Positions 8,050 through 18,530 of a stretch of DNA of 64,000 bases are shown here, piece after piece. Position numbers and translations under genes: made by a program. The notes beneath the pieces were generated by a model. It searched no databases and was not told the DNA's origin. It saw only the letters and a list, made by a program, of their open reading frames with translations. Each line of letters starts with the position of its first letter. Position 1 is the stretch's first letter. The DNA is from Clostridia bacterium (GTDB lineage: Bacteria > Bacillota > DTU086), in NCBI GenBank assembly GCA_012523575.1, contig JAAYIF010000025.1, forward strand, positions 128 to 64,127, in the 5' to 3' direction.

Positions 8050-9600
8050 ATGACGGAAAACACAAGCATGGATCTTACTACTCTGGAAAACTGGCTTTGG
8101 GAAGCAGCCTGTGTAATTCGCGGTGCCGTTGATGCACCTAAAGATAAAGATTACATACTGCCTTTGATTTTCTTAAAACGATTATCCGACGTATTTGAAG
8201 ATGAGATAATAAGGCTTGCCGAAGAAATCTTTGATTCAATGGAAGAAGCCCTGGAGCAGGTCGAAGAAGACCACTCCCTGGTACGCTTTTACATACCGCC
8301 CCAGGCCCGCTGGAAAGCCATATCCCGGCAGACGACCAATATCGGCGAATACCTTACTGATGCCGTGCGGGTAGTTGCCCGTGAAAACCCCAAACTCCGG
8401 GGCATTTTCGATCACGTTGATTTCAACGCTCAGATGGCCTGTCAGCCGGTTATTGATAACGACCGCTACTACAACCTGATACAAGTCCTATCCCGCCATC
8501 GTTTAGGGTTAAAAGACGTGGAAGCCGACATCCTCGGCCGGGCTTACGAGTATTTACTGCGCAAATTCGCCGAAGGTCAGGGCCAGAGTGCCGGCGAATT
8601 CTATACGCCACGGGAAGTTACCTGGTTGATGGCTTATATTTTGGAGCCCCAACCCGGCGATGAGATCTATGACCCGGCCTGCGGGTCCGGCGGCCTGCTA
8701 ATCAAAAGCGTGTTGGCTTTTAAGGAAGCCCATGGTGATGACCCCAGAATAGCACCGGTAAAGATTTATGGCCAGGAAATTAATCACACCACCTTCGCCA
8801 TGGCCAAGATGAATGCCTTTATCCATGACCTGGAGGCAGATATTCAATTGGGGGATACAATGGCCCGTCCGGCTTTTACCAATCCCGACGGATCGCTTAG
8901 AACTTTCGACAAAGTAACAGCCAATCCCATGTGGAATCAGAAATTCCCCTTAACCGTATATGAAGAAGATTCCTATAACCGTTTTGACTTCGGCGGCATT
9001 CCACCGGCATCAAGCGCTGACAGGGGCTGGGTTCAGCATATGTTCGCTTCCCTGAAAGAAAACGGCAAGATAGCCGTTGTCTTGGATACCGGTTCCGTCT
9101 CCCGGGGCAGCGGCGGCCGGAGCTCCAATCGCGAGCGAGACATTCGCAAAGTCTTCGTTGAAAAAGACTTGATAGAATGCGTCATCCTTTTGCCGGAAAA
9201 CATGTTCTATAACACCACCGCCCCAGGTATAATCATGGTTATCAATAAGGCCAAAAAGCATCCGGGGGAAATTTTATTAATCAACGCTTCCAAGATGTTT
9301 ACTAAAGGCCGCCCTAAAAACTACATGGACGACGAACATATTAAGAAGGTCTATGGCCTTTACCGGGAATGGCGAGAAGAAGAGGACTTGAGTAAAATAA
9401 TTTCAATTGAAGAAGCAATCCGCAACGATTACAACCTCAGCCCTTCCCGCTATGTATCCAATAACAATAAGGAAGAATATCAGCCTATAGAAGAAATTCT
9501 AGTCGAGCTGGCTGAAATCGAAGAAGAACGGCAAACGGTAGATAAGGAATTAAATGAGATCCTCACCAAGTTGGGCTTCGGAGGTTGGCTCAATGGATAA
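8050..9600 (+). CDS. hsdM: Type I restriction-modification methyltransferase subunit
   Basis: LENWLWEAAC, GEFYTP, DPACGSGG, ANPMW (motif IV variant). Likely ATG 8050; the ORF track starts at 8008. Confidence 0.93.
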   Translation: MTENTSMDLTTLENWLWEAACVIRGAVDAPKDKDYILPLIFLKRLSDVFEDEIIRLAEEIFDSMEEALEQVEEDHSLVRFYIPPQARWKAISRQTTNIGEYLTDAVRVVARENPKLRGIFDHVDFNAQMACQPVIDNDRYYNLIQVLSRHRLGLKDVEADILGRAYEYLLRKFAEGQGQSAGEFYTPREVTWLMAYILEPQPGDEIYDPACGSGGLLIKSVLAFKEAHGDDPRIAPVKIYGQEINHTTFAMAKMNAFIHDLEADIQLGDTMARPAFTNPDGSLRTFDKVTANPMWNQKFPLTVYEEDSYNRFDFGGIPPASSADRGWVQHMFASLKENGKIAVVLDTGSVSRGSGGRSSNRERDIRKVFVEKDLIECVILLPENMFYNTTAPGIIMVINKAKKHPGEILLINASKMFTKGRPKNYMDDEHIKKVYGLYREWREEEDLSKIISIEEAIRNDYNLSPSRYVSNNNKEEYQPIEEILVELAEIEEERQTVDKELNEILTKLGFGGWLNG

Positions 9601-10900
9601 GGAAAATAATGAGATGATTGAAGGGTATAAGGAAACGGAGATTGGGATACCACCAGAAGATTGGGAAGTGGTTAAGCTGGAAGATGTTGCACATGTAAAA
9701 GCTGGAGGACCAGCTCCACAGGGCGACCACTTCTTTGGTGGTAAAAACCCTTTTATACGAGTTCAACATATTGATGAAGTTATGAATAAGGTATCAGGAT
9801 GGAACCTTATTACAGATGAAGCCGTAAACAGGTATAACTTACAGTTGTTCCCAAAAGGAACAATTATTTTTCCTAAAAGTTGTGCATCTATTCGGTTGGA
9901 AAAACGCGCCATGCTGCCGTTTGATGCTTATATTGTCAGCCATTTATGTGCAGTGCTTCCAGCTGTTCAAAAGGTACATAACATATTTCTTTTCCATACT
10001 TTGAGGTTTGTCCGCTTTGCCGAAAGTAAATCCGATGGTTATCCAACTCTCAGTTTAGGAGAGATTAAAGATCGACTAATACCCCTCCCACCCCTCCCCG
10101 AGCAGAGAAAGATCGCCTATGTGCTTTCAACCATACAAAAAGCCATTGAACTTCAAGAAAAAATTATCGTCGCCCTCAAGGAACTGAAAAAATCTCTCAT
10201 GCGCCACCTTTTCACCTACGGCCCAGTACCTGTGGACCAGATTGACCTCATACCCTTAAAAGAAACTGAAATCGGAATGGTCCCGGAACATTGGAAAGTG
10301 ACGAAATTGGGGGAAGTAGCAAAGACCGCAAGTGGCGGAACGCCCAGTCGAAAGCATCCTGAATATTTTGGCGGCAAAATTCTTTGGGTTAAGTCAGGAG
10401 AATTGAATGACAATTCAATTAGTTGCACAGAAGAAACTCTTACAGACACAGGGCTATCAAATTCTAATGCAAAAGTTTTCCCCGAAGGTACTTTACTTAT
10501 TGCCATGTACGGTGCAACAGTTGGAAAAGTTGGCATTTTAAAATGTAAAGCTGCTACCAACCAGGCTGTTTGTGGAGTCTTTCCACACAGAGGAATTATC
10601 TCTAAATTTCTCTTTTACACAATCATTTATCGCAGGTCTGAGCTGCTGAGTAAACGATACGGTGGAGCACAGCCTAACATTAGCCAAACTGTGATAAGAG
10701 CCTTCAATATTTACATCCCCCCACTTATTGAACAACACCAAATCGCCTGTATACTTACAACTATAGACAACAAAATTAACACCGAGGAAAAACGCAAATC
10801 CACTCTCCAATCCCTCTTCCAAACTATGCTCCACCTGCTTATGACCGGCAAGGTGCGAGTTAGAGACCTGGAGGTGAAAGAAGATGCCCTTAGGCGGTGA
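9593..10900 (+). CDS. hsdS: Type I R-M specificity subunit with two target recognition domains
   Basis: Repeated conserved blocks (YKETEIG.PEDW / LKETEIG.PEHW; PLPPLPEQRKIA / IPPLIEQHQIA). ATG 9593 overlaps the hsdM stop. Confidence 0.92.
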   Translation: MDKENNEMIEGYKETEIGIPPEDWEVVKLEDVAHVKAGGPAPQGDHFFGGKNPFIRVQHIDEVMNKVSGWNLITDEAVNRYNLQLFPKGTIIFPKSCASIRLEKRAMLPFDAYIVSHLCAVLPAVQKVHNIFLFHTLRFVRFAESKSDGYPTLSLGEIKDRLIPLPPLPEQRKIAYVLSTIQKAIELQEKIIVALKELKKSLMRHLFTYGPVPVDQIDLIPLKETEIGMVPEHWKVTKLGEVAKTASGGTPSRKHPEYFGGKILWVKSGELNDNSISCTEETLTDTGLSNSNAKVFPEGTLLIAMYGATVGKVGILKCKAATNQAVCGVFPHRGIISKFLFYTIIYRRSELLSKRYGGAQPNISQTVIRAFNIYIPPLIEQHQIACILTTIDNKINTEEKRKSTLQSLFQTMLHLLMTGKVRVRDLEVKEDALRR

Positions 10901-13780
10901 ACGCTCCACTGTGCAGAATCCCTTCATCCGCTATGCCACCGAAACGGGTTGGCAGTACATAGATCCCAAAAAATTAGAAATTAGTCGTGGTGGAGTGGAG
11001 GGATTAATCCACCGCCAGGTTTTCATTAACCAGCTCCAGAAATTAAACCCAGGTGTTGTAGACCACCTGCGGGCTGAAGAAGTATTAAAACGGCTGGAGC
11101 GCATACCACCTAATATTGAAGGAAACCTCCAGGCCTGGGAATATCTTAAAGGTTTACGGACTGTATATGTTGAGACCGAAAAAAGGGAGCGTAATATACG
11201 TCTGCTGGAACTGGATAAATGGCAGGCTAACACTTTCCAGGTTACCGATGAATTCACCTTTACCAATGGCACCTATACCATCCGTGCCGATATCGTTTTT
11301 TTAATTAACGGCATCCCGTTGCTGCTGGTAGAAACAAAATCTGCCAGCGAGATTGAAGGTATCGCCAAAGCTCTGGATCAATTGCGCCGATACCACAGGG
11401 AAGCACCGGGACTCATGGCCCTTGAGCAGATATACTGCTTAACCCACCTGGTCCGTTTCTATTACGGCACCACTTGGAGTTTAAGCCGTAAAAACCTTTT
11501 CAACTGGCGAGACGAAAGCGGCGGGCAGGATTTTGAAAGTATGGTAAAAAGCTTCATCCATCCCCAGCGGGTCTTACGGGTTTTAACAGACTTAATTATG
11601 TTTGTCCGTCGGGATGACGAATTAAGCAAAGTAATATTAAGACCCCACCAAATGCGGGCCATCGGCCGGGTCTTAAACCGCGTCCTAGATCCCGAGAAAA
11701 AACGGGGTCTGGTTTGGCACACCCAGGGTTCAGGTAAAACATACACCATGATCACCGTCGCCAAAAAGCTCATTGAAAATCCCCGTTTCAATAATCCTAC
11801 TGTTCTCATGCTTGTCGACCGCAATGAGTTGGAACAGCAGCTTTTTGCTAATTTGTCCGCCTGTGGTTTCGGTATGGTCGAGATAACTCGGAGCAAACGC
11901 CACCTTCAGGAGCTTTTGGCCTCTGATCGTCGCGGCTTAATTGTAAGCATGATTCATAAGTTTGACGACATTCCGGCCAATATCAACTGCCGGGACAACA
12001 TTTTCGTCCTGATAGATGAAGCCCACCGCACTACCGGCGGAAACCTCGGCAACTACCTCATGGGTGCCCTCCCCAATGCAACATACATCGGTTTTACTGG
12101 CACTCCCATTGACCGCATTTCCCACGGTAAGGGCACTTTTAAAGTCTTTGGCTGTGATGACCTGCCCCATGGTTATTTGGACAAATACAGCATAGCCGAA
12201 TCCATAGAAGACGGAACAACTGTACCACTTCACTATTCCCTGGCTCCTAACGAATTGAGAGTGGACCGTGAAACATTAGAGGAAGAATTTCTAAACCTTG
12301 CAGCAGCCGAAGGAGTCAGCGACATTGAAGAATTAAACAAAGTCTTGGAAAAAGCCGTTACCCTAAAGAATATGTTAAAAAACAGAGAAAGAGTAGAGGC
12401 CATCGCTGCCTATGTCGCCCGCCATTACCGGGATTATATTGAACCGCTGGGTTATAAAGCCTTCCTGGTAGCAGTAGACCGCGAGGCCTGCACTCTGTAT
12501 AAAAAAGCCCTTGATAAATACCTACCGCCAGAGTATTCCGCAGTGGTTATCAGCCGTGCACAAAATGACCCTCCAGAACTTACCCGTTATTATCTATCCG
12601 AAAATGAAGAAAAAGAAATACGCAAGGCTTTCCGCAACCCCAATGAGCTGCCCAAAATCCTCATTGTCACTGAAAAGCTTCTTACCGGGTATGATGCCCC
12701 GGTGCTGTACTGCATGTATTTGGATAAGCCTATGCGGGATCATGTTCTTTTGCAGGCCATTTCCCGGGTAAACCGTCCTTATGAAGATGAAAACGGTCAC
12801 CAAAAACCGGCCGGTTTTGTCCTTGACTTTGTTGGTATTTTTGAAAACTTGGAGAAGGCTTTGGCCTTTGATTCCAAAGACATAGAAGGAACCATTATAG
12901 ATTTCGAAATCCTCAAAAACCGCTTTCAGGAGTTAATGGCTGAAGGTAGGAACAAATACCTTGCCATTTTTTCCGGGTATAAACAGGATAAGGCAGCGGA
13001 AAAAGCTCTGGAACATTTCCGTGAGCATAAAACACGGCAGGAGTACTATATTTTTTTCAAAGAGCTGGCCAATCTTTTTGAAATTATTTCGCCGGACCCC
13101 TTTTGAGGGAGTACCTGGACGATTACGACCAGCTGGCCCGACTTTACCGGCTCTTGCGTTCCACTGAGCCGGGGGTCAACCTGGACTATGAACTGATGCG
13201 CAAAACAGCGCGACTTGTTCAGGAACATACCATCCCGGGTGCCATCCAGGATACGGTAACGGTATATAAGATCAACGAGGAAGTCCTGGACAAACTGGCT
13301 GAAAGTAAGGCCAGTTACACCGTTGAAGTGTTTAACCTGCTGAAAAGCATAGAAAACACCATTTCAAAAAAGAAACGAGAAGCTCCTTATCTGCTTTCTA
13401 TAGGCGAAATGGCAGAAAGAATAGCTAAAGCCTACCAGGAAAGGCAACTAAGTACTCAGGAGGCCTTGCGCCGGTTAGAAGAGCTAATTAAAGAATATCT
13501 GGACTCCGAAAAAGAGCGGGAAGAAAAAGATATGGCACCGGAAACTTATGCTGTATATTGGTATTTAAAAAGGGAGCAAATAAAAGAGGCCGAAACGATA
13601 GCCCGGAATATGGCCAAAGCCTTTGATTATTATCCGTATTGGCAGTAAAGCGAAAAACAAGAACGTAAAATTATAATGGAGTTATACAAAAACCTAAAAA
13701 AAACAGGAGTAAAAACTGGAACAAAGATGAAAGAAATCGTAGAACAAATGATGCAACTGCTTAAGGGGGCAAAACGATGA
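10884..13780 (+). pseudogene. hsdR: Type I restriction endonuclease subunit R, disrupted twice
   Basis: Motifs D-X-NGIPLLLVETK, HTQGSGKT, DEAHR, FTGTP. Frameshift at CCCC-TTTT-GAGG (~13097-13106; one more T gives PF-LREY); in-frame TAA at 13646-48, after which the frame stays open to TGA 13778-80. Confidence 0.9.
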
Positions 13781-14109
13781 GCAAGGTATTTGATAAAACT
13801 TCAGCTTCGGCATCCCTTGATAAACTGGAAGAAATTATTCCGGAGACAGTTTTCCGGACAGAAGTTATCACCTGGGCCAAGAGGATTGGGGTTGAACCAA
13901 AAGAAATACATATCCGCAGCATGAAACGCAAATGGGCAAGCTGCTCCAGTAAAGGGCGCTTGACCTTTGATATAGATTTGTTAAAACAGCCCACAGCCTT
14001 CCGGGCTGAGGTAATTGTCCATGAATTGCTACATTTAAAAATACCCAATCATGGGCCGTTGTTTAAAGCGATGTTTAAAGCATATCTGGCACAGTATGGG
14101 ATTAAATAA
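13777..14109 (+). CDS. YgjP/DUF45-like (M48/SprT-like) zinc metalloprotein
   Basis: MKRKWASCS...HELLHLKIPNHGPLF; ATGA overlap with the natural end of hsdR. Confidence 0.8.
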   Translation: MSKVFDKTSASASLDKLEEIIPETVFRTEVITWAKRIGVEPKEIHIRSMKRKWASCSSKGRLTFDIDLLKQPTAFRAEVIVHELLHLKIPNHGPLFKAMFKAYLAQYGIK

Positions 14110-14229
14110 GATTGTTTGATCCGCACTTACGGTAACCAGTTGCATGCTACAGCTATTTAAATAAAACTGGCTGACTCTCCTAGCATGACTTTACAATTCT
14201 CTCTTTAACAACATCTTTTTCTGCAACCT

Positions 14230-14806
14230 GCCCGATAGTCCACGTGACTGACGGTGACGGCACCATTTCTTCCCTGTTAAAGGATGAGAATGCCATGACC
14301 AGGGCGGTTAATGGTATAATGAGAGAAGCGGTACTATACCAAGGAGTAAACCTGGACTTTGAGGGTTTGGGTTACCGAGATGACGGTGAGCAGTTAAAGG
14401 TGGTGCGGGACGCTTTTACCAGGTTCGTCCTACTCTTAGCGAAACAGGTTAAGGCTGCTAACCTCACACTAACCCTCACCCTCCACGCCCCAAACAGCGC
14501 CTATCAGGGTTACGATTACAAGGCGCTGGGAGAATTAGCCGACCGGATTACATGGCCTACGACTATGGCTCCACGCCGGAGCCAGTAAGCCTTGTCACTC
14601 AAGCAGTGGAGATAGCTAGGGTTAATGTCCCATCGGAAAAGCTGGTACTCGGGATTTCTGCCCCCACGGAAACAGCGGAAAGCATTCTAACGAAAGTAGG
14701 CATTGCCAAGCGGTACGGGCTTGACGGGATCGCCATTTGGCGGTTAGGTCTGGTGACCAGCGAGATGTGGAGCGTACTGCGAACAACGGTTGAAATTAAC
14801 AGGTGA
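14230..14806 (+). pseudogene. Glycoside hydrolase family 18 C-terminal fragment (5'-truncated, frameshifted)
   Basis: GVNLDFE catalytic motif, GYDYKALG, frameshift at DRIT/MAYDY (~14550), KLVLGI, GIAIWRLG. Confidence 0.8.
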
Positions 14807-14815
14807 GGGTTGACC

Positions 14816-15825
14816 ATGAGAAAAATGACTCTACTCGTCATGTAAGGATTACTTTTGATTATATTTGCTGGTTGTGGTGAAGTTGAAACACAAGAAAAAA
14901 TATCAACGGGTGGTAGTATACCGATAATTGACGCTACCGGAAAAGTAATTGACGAATCTTCCAAACAGCTTAATTCCCTGTTAGTGAAATCTCTGGCTGA
15001 AAATGCAAGTTACTTGAAAGATGTTGTTAAAACTGATGATGGTAACACTTATACAATAAAAGACCCTCAACAGTGGGCTGAATACTATGTTTCTGAGCTT
15101 GCAAACCTGATTTCTTTGACGCATCAGTTACTTGGAGATATTCAAGACGAAATGAGACAAGACCAGCTAATTAGTTATGAGAAAAGATGGAAAAACGAGT
15201 TCTCGCCATTTCTTAACCGGATTAAACAGGGTGATATAATCGCCTTCAAAAATAATGTAAATGACGGTTTTCAATTAGCTATTAAAGGGATACGTGATGA
15301 TAACTCATAGGAGATTGAACAAGCCCGGGACATATTTGTTGAATTGAGTGGGTTGTTACCGAAGATGCCTTCCAGTGAAAAGATTATGGTGGAGGACATA
15401 CATAGTAAGTTGTTAGAGGGATACGAACAGGTTACTTGCTAAGGAAGTTAAAAATCAGTCCGGCTATAACCTTGTAACTCCATGAATATCTACCGGAGCG
15501 TTTTCAGTTTTACGGAATATTTATGCGAAATAATCCAGGGATACCAACTGAAAAGATGGTAAAACAATTGTGGTATGACCTGGAAAAATTTGAAGTGTTA
15601 ATGGTAACAGATATGAAAGGCGACAGTACATCTCTGGAAGGGCGATTAATCTTCACAGAGGATTTAGAAGGGCCAGTTAAAATTAGCGACATCTACGCTT
15701 GGGCTAAGCATATTTGTAGTTATGAGTTTACTAAAAATGAAATTCACATTCAGGGATATATGCTTGTAAATGATGAAGGTAACCGAGACGAATACGAAAA
15801 GATATCGAAATCCTTGAAGGAGTAG
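14816..15825 (+). pseudogene. Decayed lipoprotein gene (possibly two genes)
   Basis: ATG 14816 gives MRKMTLLVM*GLLLIIFAGC (TAA 14843-45 inside the signal peptide, lipobox FAGC). TAG 15308-10 is followed by an in-frame protein-like continuation, then a further fragment at 15523-15825. Confidence 0.55.
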
Positions 15826-16030
15826 CAACGTGTCAGTTGCCTTATAAAACTTTGATGGGAGGGGTTCTTTCCTGCCTGGAGAAGGTAAAGGTTAATCTTG
15901 CTGGCAGGGTCGTTGAAAGATTTTGTTGCGGAGAGCGGAACAAAGTAGGCCATTTATCCGTCTATTATTATTAAGAGATTTTTTAAAGTAGGTTTTTAGT
16001 GATAAGAAATTTTTTTGGGGGCACGGAAAA

Positions 16031-16987
16031 ATGTCCAAAAAATTACAGGTAATTATCCTGATTGTCTTATCTTTATTAATAACAGTGACAATAACTGCTT
16101 GTTCAACGACATCCTGGAAAGTAAAAAGCCAGCTGAATAACCCTACTCAGATAGAAGTACATGAGAATTATTTATATTTTTTAGACACATATTCTGCAAT
16201 AAAAATATACGACCGAGGAACAATTTATGATCTCACATCTTGGTTGCCTGAGGGGTTTAAAAAGGAAAATATAATAATGGAATTTGCCGTGGTAAACCCC
16301 TCCGAGATAGCGGCTCTAACCGGCTCGAGTCTCTACATGATTGATGTCCGGAAAAAAGAGATCAAAAAGATCTTTTCGGATAATAACAACTATACCTCAA
16401 TGGATTTGGATCAAAAAGGTAACTTTTACCTGGTATCAGCTAAACAGGTATTGAAAATAACACCAGAGGGAGAAAAAACCCTGTTTTTTGCTTTTGAAAA
16501 CCTCCCTTCCGATCAACAACAGGAAGATGCATATTTTAGTGGAATTTTTGTGGGTAAGAATGATCACCTGTTTGTGGAGCTTCATCAAAGAATACCCTTC
16601 AGCAGCATAGTCTTCGAATTAGATGGTAAAGGAAGCATAATAAATACATATGATCTGCGGAAAATCATAGCAAAAAGCTTTTCCACAACTTCTTCTACCA
16701 CTAGAATATTAGATTATCAAGATTTTTCTTTATATATCGTGGACACTGGTGGAAATCTTTACAAATACAGGCCGGGTACCGGCAGTTTGCGCAAACTTTT
16801 TGACATAGCCTTAGATAACTTTCACTATTGGCGTGTGATAGATCTTGTTAAAATAAGTGATGATTTTGATGAATACATCTTATTGGTTACCGATTCAGAC
16901 ACGGGTAACTTTGTAAGGGTATGGAAACTACTGAAAGATGGAACACCGATAGGAAATTTTATCAGCACTGAAGTCACCAGAGATTAA
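16031..16987 (+). CDS. Lipoprotein, probable beta-propeller
   Basis: Signal peptide with ITAC lipobox; repeated strand-turn units (MDLDQKGNFYLVS, IFVGKNDHLFV, LYIVDTGG). Confidence 0.6.
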   Translation: MSKKLQVIILIVLSLLITVTITACSTTSWKVKSQLNNPTQIEVHENYLYFLDTYSAIKIYDRGTIYDLTSWLPEGFKKENIIMEFAVVNPSEIAALTGSSLYMIDVRKKEIKKIFSDNNNYTSMDLDQKGNFYLVSAKQVLKITPEGEKTLFFAFENLPSDQQQEDAYFSGIFVGKNDHLFVELHQRIPFSSIVFELDGKGSIINTYDLRKIIAKSFSTTSSTTRILDYQDFSLYIVDTGGNLYKYRPGTGSLRKLFDIALDNFHYWRVIDLVKISDDFDEYILLVTDSDTGNFVRVWKLLKDGTPIGNFISTEVTRD

Positions 16988-17034
16988 AACTGGAGACTAA
17001 AAAAGAAGCGAGGGGTCTAAAACCCCCTATTTCA

Positions 17035-17781
17035 TTAACCGGTATATACGTAAGCAAGCACTGGCCGATGGTCTGAGTTGTCAATTTGCAGTACTCGACT
17101 CTTTGAAGTATCTACTGAAACACCCCGCTTAAACCAAAAATCAACCTTGGGGTTATTGGGGTTATTATAACATTGTAGTGTACATACTCCTCCAGGTCCA
17201 GTATCAGCCATTGGAAATACATTATACAGCATTATGTTGTAAGGATCTGAACCTTCATCATCATTTAGGTCACCACCGATAATCAATTTCTGATCTGAAT
17301 AACCGTTGTTATTTAACGCATCTTTTATCTGTTGGGCATGGATAGATTGGTCAACGTTTAAACCTAAGTGAAACGTTCCTGCATACAGATAGGTGCTATC
17401 GAAATCAGCACGGACGAGAAGAAAGCTACGATCTTCAGAGCCATTTACTTTGGGCAAGGAAACCCTTAGAGCAGTTGTTAAAGGGTATCTGCTTACAATT
17501 GCATTACCATAATAACCAGGATTCATTTCTATAGAAGTAATATACTTGTAGTACCAAGTTACCCCGGTAAGCACGGTAAGCCTATTAGTGATATATTCAG
17601 CCTGATGAATATCACCAGAACGAGTCGTAAATGCATCTACTTCTTGTAGACTGGCAATTAAAGCTCCGGAATTTTTAATTGCGTCTGCAATTCTATCCAG
17701 GTTTTCCGTTTTTGGATAAGGATAAGTACCATCCCGATTTTGACCTGCTTTTATATTCCAGGTAATTACATAAATAGCCAA
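17035..17781 (-). CDS. Endonuclease/exonuclease/phosphatase (EEP) family protein
   Basis: ITWNI, LQEVD, GNAIVSRYP, GGDLN, D..F, SDHRPV motifs. Confidence 0.9.
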   Translation of the reverse strand: MAIYVITWNIKAGQNRDGTYPYPKTENLDRIADAIKNSGALIASLQEVDAFTTRSGDIHQAEYITNRLTVLTGVTWYYKYITSIEMNPGYYGNAIVSRYPLTTALRVSLPKVNGSEDRSFLLVRADFDSTYLYAGTFHLGLNVDQSIHAQQIKDALNNNGYSDQKLIIGGDLNDDEGSDPYNIMLYNVFPMADTGPGGVCTLQCYNNPNNPKVDFWFKRGVSVDTSKSRVLQIDNSDHRPVLAYVYTG

Positions 17782-17792
17782 TATTCTCGCTC

Positions 17793-18100
17793 CTAAATTT
17801 TATTTTTACCCAAAAGCAAGAGAAAAGTAAAATAAATCTGGTGTACTGCTGGTTGTGACATCCCGAACTCTGTTGCTACCTCCTGCTCTGTGCGTTCCTC
17901 CAGAACCGTTGCCGTAATAACCTTTTGCTGCTGCGGTGTAAGCAACGAGAGGGCTTCCTGGAGGAATATCATTTCTTCTACTTCGACAAGGATGTCATCT
18001 GTGACGGCTATGGTATCGAGCCTTATTGTTACTTCATCTTCGCTGTCTTGGCTGAGCAGGTCGTTGAGGATTAGCAGTTCGCGCTCCCGTAGGGGGTCAT
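17793..18100 (-). pseudogene. Sigma70 region-4-type HTH protein relic (not in the ORF track)
   Basis: EALSLLTPQQQKVITATVLEERTEQEVATEFGMSQPAVHQI. Likely ATG 18100 is out of frame by one base near 18089; the C-terminus is non-canonical. Confidence 0.6.
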
Positions 18101-18399
18101 TTTAATAACCCCCTACCGAAAAAATTTTTCAATTCCTCATAGGTAGACTAAAACCCGTTTTGTGCGCATGAATCAAGGCTTGACAGAATTGTACATCAAT
18201 CTCTTATGCTTAGCAACTTTTTATTTTTAAGCCTTAAAAACTCTTTGAACCTTTGGAAATCAAAGTCCCTCCCCATTACTATATACTTAAAAGAAGTGTC
18301 GTCGACAAGACCGGAGGTCAACGACTGCAGATCGTTAAAAAGAATTGACCCTAGGAAACATGCGGACAAAATCTTGGGCTCCAAAAATAGGAAGTATGC

Positions 18400-18530
18400 C
18401 CAGAAAGACGCTGATATAAAAAATAAAAGCCCGGAAGAGCAGAATCGCATCATCCAGACTTACGTTAAAAGAGTAATCGTTTATGATGATAAAATTGACA
18501 TTGATACGATTGTGGATATGACTGGTGGAG
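18400..18530 (+). pseudogene. C-terminal remnant of a large serine recombinase
   Basis: DIKNKSPEEQNRIIQTYVKRVIVYDDKIDIDTIVDMTGGGG resembles serine-integrase C-termini and runs into the ssrA 3' end; no catalytic N-terminus is present. Confidence 0.65.

Larger units (their letters stand above)
6750..18522. mobile_element. Degenerate integrative (defence/accessory) island at the 3' end of ssrA
   Basis: R-M genes, many pseudogene fragments, a sigma-region-4 relic and a serine-integrase C-terminus abutting the tmRNA CCA end. The left boundary is approximate. Confidence 0.65.

Noticed and set aside
15850-15950. KVNLAGRVVERFCCG as a remnant of an M41/FtsH-like protease
   Set aside because: The match is too short and has no HExxH or other support.
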